A stretch of 64,000 bases of DNA, from positions 10,106,001 to 10,170,000 of the forward strand of contig OZ176053.1 of assembly GCA_964247055.1 (NCBI GenBank), read 5' to 3'. The translations under genes and the position numbers were made by a program. The notes beneath the pieces were generated by a model. It saw only the letters and a list, made by a program, of their open reading frames with translations. It made no database searches and was not told where the DNA came from. Source of the stretch: Paragordius varius. Taxonomy: Eukaryota > Animalia > Nematomorpha. This document shows positions 51,701 to 64,000 of the stretch, in pieces; within the stretch, counting starts at the first letter, position 1; each line of letters opens with the position of its first letter.

Positions 51701-54700
51701 ATAAAAAATTAAGTTTTATACTCTAATTTTTTTCGATAAACACATATGCTCAGTGTAATTTAATTCCAATCATAATTGATTGAACCTAATCTTATACTGA
51801 TGTCAAAATATTTGGTCATAATTATATAAATAAATTAACACACTTTGGCTGGATCTATAGGTTCAACATTGGCCTCAATATATGCTAATTCATCTTCAGT
51901 AATTGATGGATTTTCATTGGGTTTTTCGTATGAATGAAACCACCAAAAGCAAAACCACCCACATCCAAACAATCCTTAAATTATATAAATTATATGGCAA
52001 AAAAATCCCGCAATAGACTTTATTTTGGATTCATTCTTTAAAAACGGTCCAAATAGTTGTTTATTAACCATATAAATTTTTTAGTACAATCTTATTAAAA
52101 CTTTTTATTCATGTGGGCCGTAATGAATTTAAAAGTGAAATATGTGTAAAAATTAGATGAAAATATTGGACCATTTAGAAAATTATTGATTCCACAAAAA
52201 GGTTTAGATTATGGTAAAAAAAGGAAATATGAATACATTACCGTAAAAATAAAAGCAAGCTTGCCAACCCAAATAGTCTGTAAGTAAACCGGAAAGTGGC
52301 ATTCCTATCACAGCACCAGCATAAGAACCTTTAAATATTCAATAAAGAAATATGCAAATTAAGCATTTATCGTCCATTTAATCATAGGAACTTTGTCTGT
52401 ATTATTATGTTAATTTAAAAATCATTTTTATTAGCAATATATATATATATATATAGTAAACTGTTTTAACCTGAAAAAGATATTGTGGCTAATTTACTGC
52501 GTTCCATTACTGGGGCCCAATATCTCCATATACCGTGGCATGAAGGATACGTTACACCCTAAAATACAACGGAAAACTCTTAAAATTCATATAAAGCTCT
52601 GCATATGCCATAAAACAAATTTATTTATTTTAGAGAGGTATTTTCTTGGAAATAAATTACTTCAACCAATCCCTGAAGAAAGCGAATAAATACAACAACA
52701 CCATAATGCATTTTGGCTGAAATTGGGATAAGTCCGTTGAGAAGAGATGAGATCGCTATTGCCAGACCGAATGATCTAACCATACAAATAATTTTTTTAC
52801 AACCATAATCTTTAAATTTTTATGCATGTCCTTTTTACAAATTAGAATATTAACAAATGTTGCGTTTAGATACTAGATAAAATTTGCGACGTGTAAACGC
52901 CATAAATAACTATAAGATATTTATGCAATGTATCCCTGAATTCTGAGTTGTTGTGAACTTTGTATTTATTTGGCGCGTCATAATAAAGTGTGCGCGTTTT
53001 TGCGGTAAATGTTTAACATAAAGAAGCAATATTAACACAACAAAAGAAGTAGTACTTCTTGCAATTAAAAACATGCAAACGTATTGCACTTAAGAATTGT
53101 GATTTATGCTTACATATGCCCCACAAATAAATAAACAATAAAAATAAAACGAAAACGAAAATCTTACTTATTGGCAGGAAAATATTGCACGAGCATTCCC
53201 CCTGGTATTTGTGTGATTAAATAACCCCAAAAGAAAGAACTGTCAATGAGGCCAATCGTTTCAGGGGTCCAATCAAATTCCGCTACCTTTGGTAGAAAAC
53301 ATATAATTAAGACGCTTATTTTGTTACATTTGATAAAACAGCTAAACAAATTATTCTATTATATATAAACATCTTTGATTTTTTAATGACAAAGTTTTTA
53401 AGAGTGAAAAAAAGACTATATTCAGGGATCGGAATCGAAACCGTTTTTGGGCTCATTTAAATTCAAAAATTTCTCTAGTTCCCGGCTAAATAATTCGGTT
53501 TAGTTCCAAAAAATTTAATTATAAATCTAATTATTTTTTAGAAAAAATTGGAAATACTGTTGAATCTTAAATTTTCCTGATTTTTAATGGAATTCGAATA
53601 ACTAGCCTAAAAACATAAATGTGTTCACAAAAAACTTTTGCATGATTACGCTGAAAAATAGCAAATTAATCAATATTAATAAATATGTATATAATTAAAA
53701 AACATCAATTTGTAACAATAAAATTATTGTTAAATTTTTTAGATCCATGGTTTCGGTTTCAAAACGGTTCTAAAAGACCCTTTTTTCAGTTCCACCAAAA
53801 ATGGTTATTCCTGTAAAATTTTATAATAACAGTTTTTAAGTTATTTTTTTCCGAATAATAAAATTGAATAATTTCGTTGTATAATTGAAATTCCAATAAA
53901 ATGCTGATACACTTGCCTATTTATTTATTATACACATAAAAATTGAAATAAAAGGTAAATAAACTAGAATATATTTAAAAAATAATTTTCTTCCTGGGTA
54001 CTGTAATGTAAGCCATTTCAAATATATAAAATGATCTATCATAATCTCTTTTTATCTTACCAGTGTAGTATTATATTTAATCAATAATATTTTTTAAACA
54101 TGCAAATGAAAATAAAATTAAGGTAATTTTTGTAATTTATGTTTACTTTTGTGCATACAAAATTAAAATATTCCGAAACTATGCTAAAATATTAACATCC
54201 GACCGCATATGTGTTATATAACCAGATATCACATATCTAATAAAGTTATAAATTACCCGTATTCGGGTGCGGTCTCTAGGATCCGTTGAATTATTGACCA
54301 TTTGCACAATGGCCACCCCAAAATTGCAACGTACACCAAATGATATGAGAAAACCAATACTTGTCAGAATGGCCATGGCATAACGTTTCTTAAGTTGGCT
54401 AAAAGGTCGCGCAATCATCCTACCCAAACATTGGATAACTTCTACGCTAAATGATACTATAGATTGTGCTAAAGAAAGCTTCGGATTTGCGAATCTTGAT
54501 GGAATTTGATATGTTGTGGTAGGTTCTGGTGGTCGCTCAGGTCTGGGCGGTGGAGGTAACATACGTTTAGATTCCGGAATTTTTGCGTGGTAATCAGGAG
54601 TTTCATGTAACTTTTGATCATCGAATAAGACATTCCTACTTGTAATGCTATTATTTATCATAGAATTAGACGGGCGAGGTTGATAAGCCCTCAAAGAATC

Positions 54701-54808
54701 TCCTTCTCCTGAATTAGTTTTGTATGTTTGTTTGACAAAATTTTCGGCATTTACATGCGATGGAGCAGGTTGTTGTGAATTTTGAGACGTTAAACTATCA
54801 ACAAACAA
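48799..54808 (-). CDS. VGlut: Vesicular glutamate transporter (SLC17A6-8/eat-4-like); start codon unresolved
   Basis: Exons (minus): ~54800-54257, 53286-53168, 52775-52661, 52558-52471, 52328-52242, 51974-51844, 50985-50836, 50748-50619, 50501-50391, 49808-49681, 49501-49290, 49036-48799; phases consistent. Motifs: [117 protein letters not shown]. Confidence 0.96.
53423..53813. mobile_element. Possible degenerate hAT-type MITE relic in a VGLUT intron
   Basis: CAGGGATCGGAATCGAAACCG at left and GGTTATTCCTG at right, with internal AACCG/CGGTT motifs. No matching 8-bp TSD. Confidence 0.3.
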
Positions 54809-55050
54809 TATTATTAATTATTCAGGACAATGAACACATCCATAAAAAATTAATTAAAATATAATCCTTTGGTTATAGCAGTGAGTAGCTATTTTTTCGA
54901 TATTTTATGTAAAATAAAATTTACTAAGGTTTTGATAAAAACTTTTTATAGTTTAGTTTTAAAAAAAAGTATAATTTTGAGTTAAAAAAATTTTGATAAA
55001 CCTTAATTAAATTAAAATCTTTCCATGGTTTCGCACAAAACTTTACACAC

Positions 55051-55053
<3 letters not shown>

Positions 55054-55096
<43 letters not shown>
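55054..55096. repeat. (TA)n microsatellite upstream of VGLUT
   Basis: Direct reading of the sequence. Confidence 0.9.
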
Positions 55097-55097
<1 letters not shown>

Positions 55098-58000
55098 CGC
55101 TACGGTCCACAAAAACTTGATATAAAATCAATTATTATTAATATCTATCATTGAAAAAAACTTTTTTAATTTTAAACTATTTATTACACATATATTGATA
55201 ATCAAACCTCCCGATAAAAAATACATTTAGTAATAATAACAAATATATCCTTACCAATCGAAAGAATAAATTAATATTTAATGAGATTTTACAAATTGTG
55301 TCTTGTTTTTCATAAAAGGCCTTTTTACATAATGCCAACTATATTTTCCGCCTATAATAGCCCCTCTCTTCCCAAAACAAACCTCGGGATTCCAAGAAAA
55401 ACTAATTCTTTTAAAAGCGTCTTATTCGTTTGTGGGGCGATATATTTGCTAAGAGTGTTAACTCTTATAAAATTGTTTAGAAAAACTTATACTCACTGAT
55501 TAAACTCTCAAACTTTTTTAATATCACTATGCGCAATATGCGCTAATTTAGGGTTTTAATTTATTTTTGTAATGTTTTCAAAATGTGTGTTATCATGATA
55601 ACTACTCAATATTTTAACCATAATTTTATGTTAAATTATATATCAGGCCTTGGAGGAACTACATAGGACATATTTTTTCTAATCCAACAAAATGCCTAAA
55701 CGTCCCTTAATTTTTCACGAAATTTTGTACATCCAAATACCAAAACTAAAATTATCGTTTTATTTGTTAAAATTATTATTTTTGTTCAACATTATCAAAT
55801 ATAAAAAAATTAAACGGTTAATCTTTTTTTTAAAAAAGAATTTAAGAATATAAGAAAGTTTTTTAGATCGACCTCTCTATAAAAGGCTTAGGACTTAAAT
55901 TGTATTAAATTTTTAGACAGGATACATACTAACTTTAAAATATCACTTTGTTCAAAAATAAAGGAGATTTCACTCAATATGACAAATTTACTGAAAATAA
56001 ATAAGACTCAAAACTCAGACTCCACTTTAACACAAATTATTCTCTTTGATGGTAATTGATGCTTGGTTCTTTCCATATTTTTTTATAAATAATTTATATT
56101 AATTGCTTTAAAAAGCACTATTTTACTAAACCTAGGAAAAAATATTAATGATAATTTGGATCGAAAACACAATTATTTTATCATTAAGTAAAGTATAAGT
56201 AAGCTCTCATAAAAATATACGAGTTGTAGGGAAATCTTCCGATGTGAAATTCAAATTATATAACTTAATAGCGTGACTGACCTTCATACATTTTTCATTA
56301 TTCACCAATGAGAGCAGACCAACTTGCAAAGATATTAATATAAAATATAGGAATAAAGTTAATTATATATATCATAGTAATAAAATACCTAGTATATGCC
56401 TCTTAAATAATTTTATAAACTAAATTCGTGAAAAAACTTTGGTATTATATTTATTTTTTGAGATTTCACGGAAAGAAAATTAAACTACCTTATTAATTAT
56501 TTATAATATTGATCAATGACCAATTTGAAGTTTTTATCTTTTTTTTGCCATTCATAAAAAGTAAAAAATATTAAGAAAAAGTGAAAAGTACCAACATCTA
56601 TATATTTTTATACAGATAACTATATTTTCAGGAATTAATATATGTAGAGTGATTAAAATAAAATAATCAAAATTTATGAGTTCCAATATATAAAAAAATT
56701 TGGTTCTTACAAGAGTTATAACTTATTTAGCGTTACTAAGTTTGAGTGCATTCATGACATATATATATTATATTAATGGAAAAAAATCTCTATATTTATA
56801 ATGTTAGTAGATACAGTATATGAGACAATTATTACATATTTATTAGATGAGATGAAATAATGATAATTAGCTAAAACCTACATCTAAGATTAGACCATAG
56901 AACCAATTCCCTTGAGTGTGAAAATTTAAAAGATTTTAAATTGCTTTTCTTTTCATGATTTAAAAGTCTCAAAAACTTACATTGATCTTAATAAATGGGT
57001 CCTGGCGTATCTTGAATCATAAAAAGTTAAGAAAAAGAGGAATATATATCGATTAGGGGTAACAATTTAATGTAGTTAATTAAAGGGTTATTTTTAGTTA
57101 CTTTTATACATTTAACAATAATTTTAGAGCAGTGTAAAATATTTCAAGGGTGATTAGACTCAGTATAAATATAAAAATATGAATACTTGACTAAGGCATA
57201 GGAATGGGTTCGAAAAGAATGCATTTATATCTTCTTTAGGATTATTTCAATGATGGCTCAAAAATTATATTAAATCCAATTTTTTTAATATGTTGCTTAA
57301 AATGACAAAATGAAATTCGATCATAGCACAGAGAAAAGAGGATTAGTAAGTCGCATCGCTTAGTATACTTTATTTAAGACAGTATGTCCCTAGAATTTAA
57401 TACGTTTTAACATACAAAAATAGGATATTATAAGAAATATAAAAGTTTGAAATCTCTCTCTATGCCTTAATAATAATTCAATTAATATGGTAATGAGAGA
57501 AGAGATTGGTAAAGTTTCACATTCATTATTATCAAAAATAAAATAAATCTATCCGAAAAAATAAATTAACTTTACTAAAAGTAATATAATGATAATCGTT
57601 TTCTAAGTTGGCCAATATAAATTATAGAAATGAGACAAGAGAAAGCACATATATTCAGAATTTATATCAAGAATGTATTGGATAAAGTAACATTTTGGCT
57701 ACATGGCAATGATGAATTAACCTGGCCTATTATAGTCGTGTATAAAAGGTTGTAACAAATAGGGTTTTTAAACTAAAAAATTTTAATATGATCGGAAACT
57801 AACTAAATCTTTTGGAATATAAATGTAGAAATTAAAATAATTTGAGGACATATATATTCAGTCTTATAAATAATTTGCTAGGAAGTAAAAATTGATAAAT
57901 ACCACTAATAAATATAAGAAAAAAAATATTTTTCACCAAAAAAACCTATTAATAAATCACGGAATTTGAAAAAATCAACATTATCTACGAAAAACTACAT

Positions 58001-59921
58001 GATAATTCTTTTGAGAAAAATCGTTTTTTTGTTAAATTCAAGACAGGATTGATCAATAATTATTGTTATATAACTATAATTAGGTAATTGCTTCAAACAT
58101 TTAGTTAGAGGGGTTGACTTCTTTATTTTTTAACATATATGTTTTGACCAGTATTTCATATTCTAATGAATACATCATGGTAAAATATTTTTACAGAATA
58201 TCGACATATAGGACTTAAAAAAGTTTTGATTCTCAAATTTGGGGTCGTCTCTTTTCCAACAAATAATGTTTTGTTCACAGAATATTAAATTATAAAATTT
58301 TTTGAATATTAAATATCTAATCTTAATAATATACAACAATTAAGTTCATTGTAAGCGTATATCATAAAAAAGTTATTTAAATATTTTGGAACTTTGTACA
58401 CAAATAGTTCCAACAAACCTTATTAAATTTGCATTAATTTTAACATTTTTATTCATATATTTATATATATATATATATATATATTATAAAACATTTTTAC
58501 CAAAGGTTTATTGGACCAAATTATCATACACGTAGAGATGATGTCTTAATTAAGATTTATTGGAATTTGGACCTTTTAATATAATTATATTTTATGGGAA
58601 ATCTACCAAAATCTACCAGTGTTACCACCACCCATACAAATAAGAAAATATCGTTTATTGGGGAGGAAAGATAGTCTTATCTTTTGACTGCATATATATT
58701 TTAGAACAAACCTTAATAAAAAATCACACACATGATTCTTTTAGTTTAGAATACCTAATATCAAAAAAAATATAAATTATAAATTATCCATGAATCAGAG
58801 GATAATGGTGTCGTAATATAGAATTAGTCCGAAAAGCGGCTTATTTTTATAATCATAAAAGATTATCCTGATTAGAAAATTATGTCATTGTTTGAATACA
58901 GACATTATCATTTCTCTTGTTGGAGCACACCTTGAAATTTATATGAATTTCCCGGTGTATTTTGCATTTTCCCGAATATAATAATTCCACTTAGTAGTTA
59001 TAGATTAAAAAATATGGATTATACATAATAAACTAATTTTCGCAAATCAATTTACTTAATAATTAATGTAATAGTCATACCTATAATTTCATTACAGCTG
59101 TTGTAAAAAAAGTTGATTAGTATTTAATAATTTATTTATATTTAGCTTTATTATATATACCCAATATTACCTTACGACTGACAAATACAGTTTTAATTTT
59201 ATATATTATAAATGGGTAGTTTCATACAAAAAAATTTAGATTCTAAATGCTGGTATTAAATAAAGTACAACCTTTAATTTAAGTATAGTTTTATATTATT
59301 GGCTATCGGAACATGCAATAATTTAGTATAATTTTTTTGAGGAATAAGCTAGTGATATTTACAAAAAATGGGGGTCAAAAAATTAATAAATATATATATA
59401 AACGTAAAAATATTAAGACAAATATTTTTTTCCAAAAGACAACCATACTTTTTAAATCATGATTTATTTCAATATACTCATTGTTTAGGAAAGTGTGAAA
59501 TAGAGATATATTACCAACACAATTAATTCTAAATTTTACAATTGTAACTAAATAGCTTATGTGAAAGAATTTAGAATTAAAAAAGTATGGTTTTCTTTTA
59601 GATATAATTTGTCTTTATATTATTACGTTTTGTCCGTATAATTTCAATTTTTACTGTAAATAATTTTTTTTGCTATTTGTCAAACATAAAAATCGCATTT
59701 AATTGCAAATTCGATCGAATAAAAATAAATACAATAAAGGAAAACGCGTTAACTAATTATTTGTTAGTATAAAGATAAACCTAAAAAAATTAATGATAAA
59801 TTTTATATTTTTTCAAAAGGTCCCTGAAAAATTTACCAGAATTTAAGTTAAATAAATTACAAAAGCTTGATGGGGTAAATTTAATTTTTAATTTAACTAT
59901 CATATACTTATAACCCATATA

Positions 59922-60857
59922 CAGGTATACATAAGTTTTTACCGGTTCATTATTTAAAAAATTAATTTTGAAAGGAAATTTGTTTTAATCAATATATTGT
60001 CCATCAGTTTCACATTTTGACCATCTTTGAGCGAGTACATAAATACCGTGTCATAAAAATTGACGGTCTTGTGCATAAAACCATTCGTCATCATCAAGCC
60101 ATTTTCCAACGTCTTTGAAATTATTGAAATGCTATGCGAGAATGTGCCCCATTCCTGCAAAGTCATATTAGTCAGATGGCGTCAGGTCAAGAGAGTTCAG
60201 CCGATGCAAAAACATTTTTATCGATTTTAAGGTGTGTTTTATTGGTTTTGCTGTGTAGCGATAGTTTAACAATTTTACGGGAGCGCAAAATTTCTTACCG
60301 CTTTAGTTCCATCAGACACAGACTATGGTTTTTGCCCAAGCGATTTGGCATTGGTGTTGTTAGACAAGCTTGGAAGGTGAACGTAACGATTTTCTGCTTT
60401 GGCTTTACAAATCAAACCCAATTTGATGAAAAAATGATTTTTTTCCTTACGCAAAGCAGGATTTCACTAGTCACTTTGCGATTTTGATTTGCATTCAAAA
60501 TGTGTGGAACTCATTTAGCGAGTTTATTGATCGGTCGTCCGCCAGAGCGCCCAAACTCCGCTTAAATCATTTTAATATTCGAAACCATATGTCACATGTG
60601 TTAATCGATTGAGCACGTTCACCATTGCTAACAAACGATATCAACAGCCTTTTTTAGTGAAGGCAGTGTTCATATTCTTTTTCAGACACAAAATTTGACA
60701 TCATTACTGAATTATAAAAGTAAGCTACTACCTTCGAGTGATCTTAAATGTGGGTGTTTGTGGTTTAACGTTAGATGATCACAATAAGGTCTGTATAAAA
60801 TTAATCGTCTGCGCTTTTTCGCTGATATCTTAGTTAAACCGGTAACTTATTAACCTA
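59922..60857 (-). mobile_element. Mos1-like mariner transposon relic, same family as 28707-29510 (~935 bp)
   Basis: Degenerate TIRs TA|CAGGTATACATAAGTTTTTACCGGTT and AACCGGTAACTTATTAACCTA. Minus-strand transposase fragments: MSNFVSEKE (ATG 60701), TCDIWFR, VPHILN, EILL, KSFFHQI, PNRLGK, SLDLTPSD*YDFAGMGH, FNNFKDVGKWLD, HGIYVLAQRWSKCV. 27-nt exact match (60094-60120) to 29328-29354. Confidence 0.9.
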
Positions 60858-62779
60858 TTGCAGCATATAAAAATGGAACCCATTTGTGTAAGGGCTAAAA
60901 TACAAAATACCAGATACATAGATGACAAGATTGTTTAATTAATGACAATCCAGTAATTTAAATATTTGGAATTCGTATTTTTACTTTTACTTAGAGTGGA
61001 TTATTTAGATCTCTAAGTTTTTTGATTATAATTTAATTATGAGCGAACTGATCATAAATGGCGGTTTCAAAGAATATCTTTTTACCTAGCTCCAATAACC
61101 TATTAGGATTGGGTAAAAGTGTAAGTTCAAAATACTTAGAATGCGTTATATTGCTACTATTCTGTACATTACAATTATAAGTAATACCATTTGATTGTAA
61201 TAATCGGTAAAAATACTTATGTTTTAGCTAACATGAAAATAGTGTAAATAGTACACATAAATGGCACTTTTAAAAGTTTACATACGCTGGATAATTTATG
61301 GTATTTTAATTATTTTTATCTTTATTGGATTAATCATGGAGGAATATAAATTAAAAAATGAAATGAAACGAAATGAAAGTTATACTTTTTTATATTATTA
61401 ATATTATGAAATAAAATTATACTAAAATATATATATATATATTTATTAAGTCATAAATATAAATTTGATATTTTTTTTCAAAGTAGAGAGCCTTTAAACG
61501 TACTAAGGTGGATTTATAGAGCAACGACATTTAGTACTTCACTTATTTTTTTATTTTGTTTTAAGCTAAGTAAGATAAGCTAAATTGTGGTCAGTTGGAG
61601 ATTAAACGATAAAACTATAAGCGTATAGTATGCCTGCCTAAAAGAGATATATATTTGAAAAAAAAACGAAACGAAATGTTGTATATTTAAAAAGCTTTTA
61701 CATACAACCTTGAGAGTTACTTTATTCACCAACTTCCCTATAAATAATATCTTAACATATCGATAGATTAATAATGACTAATACCATAAAATTATATTAT
61801 TGTTATTATATTAATAATATAGAGTGTATTAGTAAATTATAAAACCAGAAATTACTTAGGAATGACTTTAAAATACGGATACGATAAAGTTAAGGATGAT
61901 TATCATAATACTCATTTAATACTGCGTCAAAAGCTACACCGATTAAATACTTCCCGATTATTTTAATAAATCGTAAATTTTTATAAGGGCCATTATATAA
62001 TTGTATGTAAGTTGTATAACAAATGCACTAAAATAATATATTTAAAATCATATAAATATATAATATTCTAAAATAGTTTTAAGCAAATAAATTTAACTGC
62101 ATTTAACCGAAAAACATATATTTAATTAAGTCTCTAGATATAAATCGGACTCAATCCAGTGCATAGCTTATCTTATACTCTTAATAAATATGATCAAACA
62201 AAAATTAATTTTTATTATCAATATATATTTATATATACACTGTGTGCAAAAAAAGGGTTAATTATTTATTTGATGAGATCAGCGAATTCATTTACCGCAA
62301 AAATTTTTATTTGTTGATGACCTAGTTTTTAAAATATTAAGAGAAAATTAAAATTGGGCAAAAAGTGAAGATAATAATTTAAAAATAATGATAAAATTTG
62401 AGATATTATGGCTTATTATCATTTAAGTTTTTTAATATATAAATAGCCTAAAATCATTTATTTAGTATTTGCATAAAACCTCCGTTCAAAAAATAGCGTT
62501 GTTCTTTTAACATACTACAAGAATTTTTGATAATACTATAGTAGAATAATTTTTTTAATTATTTACTAGCTAAACTCACTATTATAATTTTAACATTCAT
62601 ATTTTATTCAGTAAAAAAATATTGTTTTTTATTTTTTATTTTTTTGTCTGGTTTATTAGTGTATAATACCGTTTTATTTTGGAATTTTAGAGTGAGAAAT
62701 AAAAACTATAAAATTTATGCAAATAAAATTAAAAGTAGTTGACTATCACAATCTTTACGAATCCCTGTAACAAGTTTGT

Positions 62780-63380
62780 TTTAACACAAAATAATATTTT
62801 CAAATCCAACTGTCGAAAAAATATAATCATAAATGAATGCCCCGACAATAGCTTGGCCCTTTTTTGAATTAGGTCCCCAGTTCGGGCCCACCCCGTGTAA
62901 AAAGCGGGATTTTTTGAAAATACAAGTCCACAAAAATCGTGTCTTTGAGACAATTTTTCCGAAAACGTGTTTGACCATTCGATTTCAAATATGATTTTTT
63001 TTACTTATTTTCGATTGTGCCGAACATAGTTGGCTCTCTTTTTTAATTTAGGCCCTCTTTTTACCCTCTCCCCCGCAAAATGCCACTTTTCAAAAAAATT
63101 GTCCACAAAAATAATTTGTTAAATCTATTTTTCGCCCAACGTATGAGGCCGTAAATAATTCAATAAGGATTCCAGGTATTCCCTGTTAAGAGGCAAAAAA
63201 TTTAGTCAAGCGTTTCTTTGATGATCGCTGCTGGGTAAGGAGATACCCGCTAAAAACTGCCCCGTCATATCAAAATAGCGTGTCTTTGGGGCTAAATTTC
63301 AGAAAACCTATCAGGCCATATGAGTTCAATAGGTGCTTAAAATATTACCCGTAACAAGGCAAAAATTTAGGTCGTACCTT
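62780..63380 (-). mobile_element. Interspersed repeat family B, copy 2 (partial)
   Basis: Reverse complement aligns by eye to ~26705-27255, e.g. CCCGAACTGGGGACCTAATTC, AAGCTATTGTCGGGGCATT, AGGTTTTCTGAAATTTAGCCCCAAA. Confidence 0.85.
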
Positions 63381-64000
63381 TTTTTTAAAATTAGCCGTTA
63401 ATTAGGCCCTTCACGCCCTGAAAAATGAGCCACCATAGAATGATTTTTTAATTTTGAGGCGATTTTTCCAAAAACTAATGAAAGCATATGGAATCAATTA
63501 CACTAGAAAACAAATTTTAACTTTTTTTAACTGTCATTTTTGTAAATATAAAATTTTCATTAAAGTACATAATTAGTATATCTGAAAAGAAAATTGGTTC
63601 TGCATGCAAGAATTTTTTTTATATTAGAGTTTATCGATAATTTTTGGCCCCGATTTAACATTAAACTCGAAATTTCGAAAATAAAAAGTTTTAGATAAAG
63701 CCATGTATTTTATATCATTTAAAAGAGCGCAAAAAACTGCATCTTTTAAATGGTAGTAAATTTAAATCAATCGGATGTAAAAGTTATTTGGATTTAAATG
63801 GTCAAAATTTTCAATCCTTAAATAAGTCAAGAATTTTCACAGACAAATGTATGAAAAAGCGTTTGGTTTGCTTTTTTAATAAAAAATAAAAGATCAAAAA
63901 TAATATATATATATATGCTATTTCATTTATATCTGTGATAGTTAGACCCAAAACATTTATAAAAAATTTAAATGTAATCATGTTCCACAGTATCCAGGTG

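Noticed and set aside
54924-55112. ORF MWTVALYIYIYIYI...
   Set aside because: Translation of a (TA)n microsatellite.
58400-58520. Imperfect inverted repeat flanking a (TA)n tract
   Set aside because: About 15 bp with mismatches in extremely AT-rich DNA; not distinguishable from chance.
60134-60487. 117-aa plus-strand ORF
   Set aside because: Antisense to the mariner relic.
62236-62262. Tc1-like terminus TA|CACTGTGTGCAAAAAAAG
   Set aside because: No matching opposite end or transposase fragment in the window.

Overview
Eukaryotic, very AT-rich, intron-containing animal (protostome-type) genomic DNA in the standard genetic code. The species cannot be fixed from the sequence. The ORF track shows only exon fragments, so I rebuilt genes by hand from GT-AG boundaries, phase continuity and remembered family motifs. 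In order: 3' end of an SBF/MTMR5-13-like gene (PH domain, +, stop at 773); a complete 12-exon, 2307-aa metazoan chitin synthase (-, 9752-1093); a degenerate ~140-bp tandem array (~12-14 kb); a two-exon orphan gene encoding a probable secreted precursor with an acidic pro-region, an RKKR site and a protamine-like Arg/Ser/His C-terminal peptide (-, 17636-16190); Cdc42 (+, 191 aa); a small orphan coiled-coil ORF; a transposon cluster at 26.4-29.5 kb; a CNG channel alpha subunit (+, ~1180-1200 aa); an ARMC10-like gene (-); a vesicular glutamate transporter (-); and a ~9-kb tail with no recognisable host gene. Mobile DNA: five copies of a ~550-bp piggyBac-type MITE, two Mos1-like mariner relics and two copies of a Helentron-like repeat. 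The most novel candidates are the cationic prepropeptide gene upstream of chitin synthase and a homology-constrained 26-nt intron. No rRNA, tRNA or CRISPR feature was found. All family assignments come from recalled motifs, not database searches.
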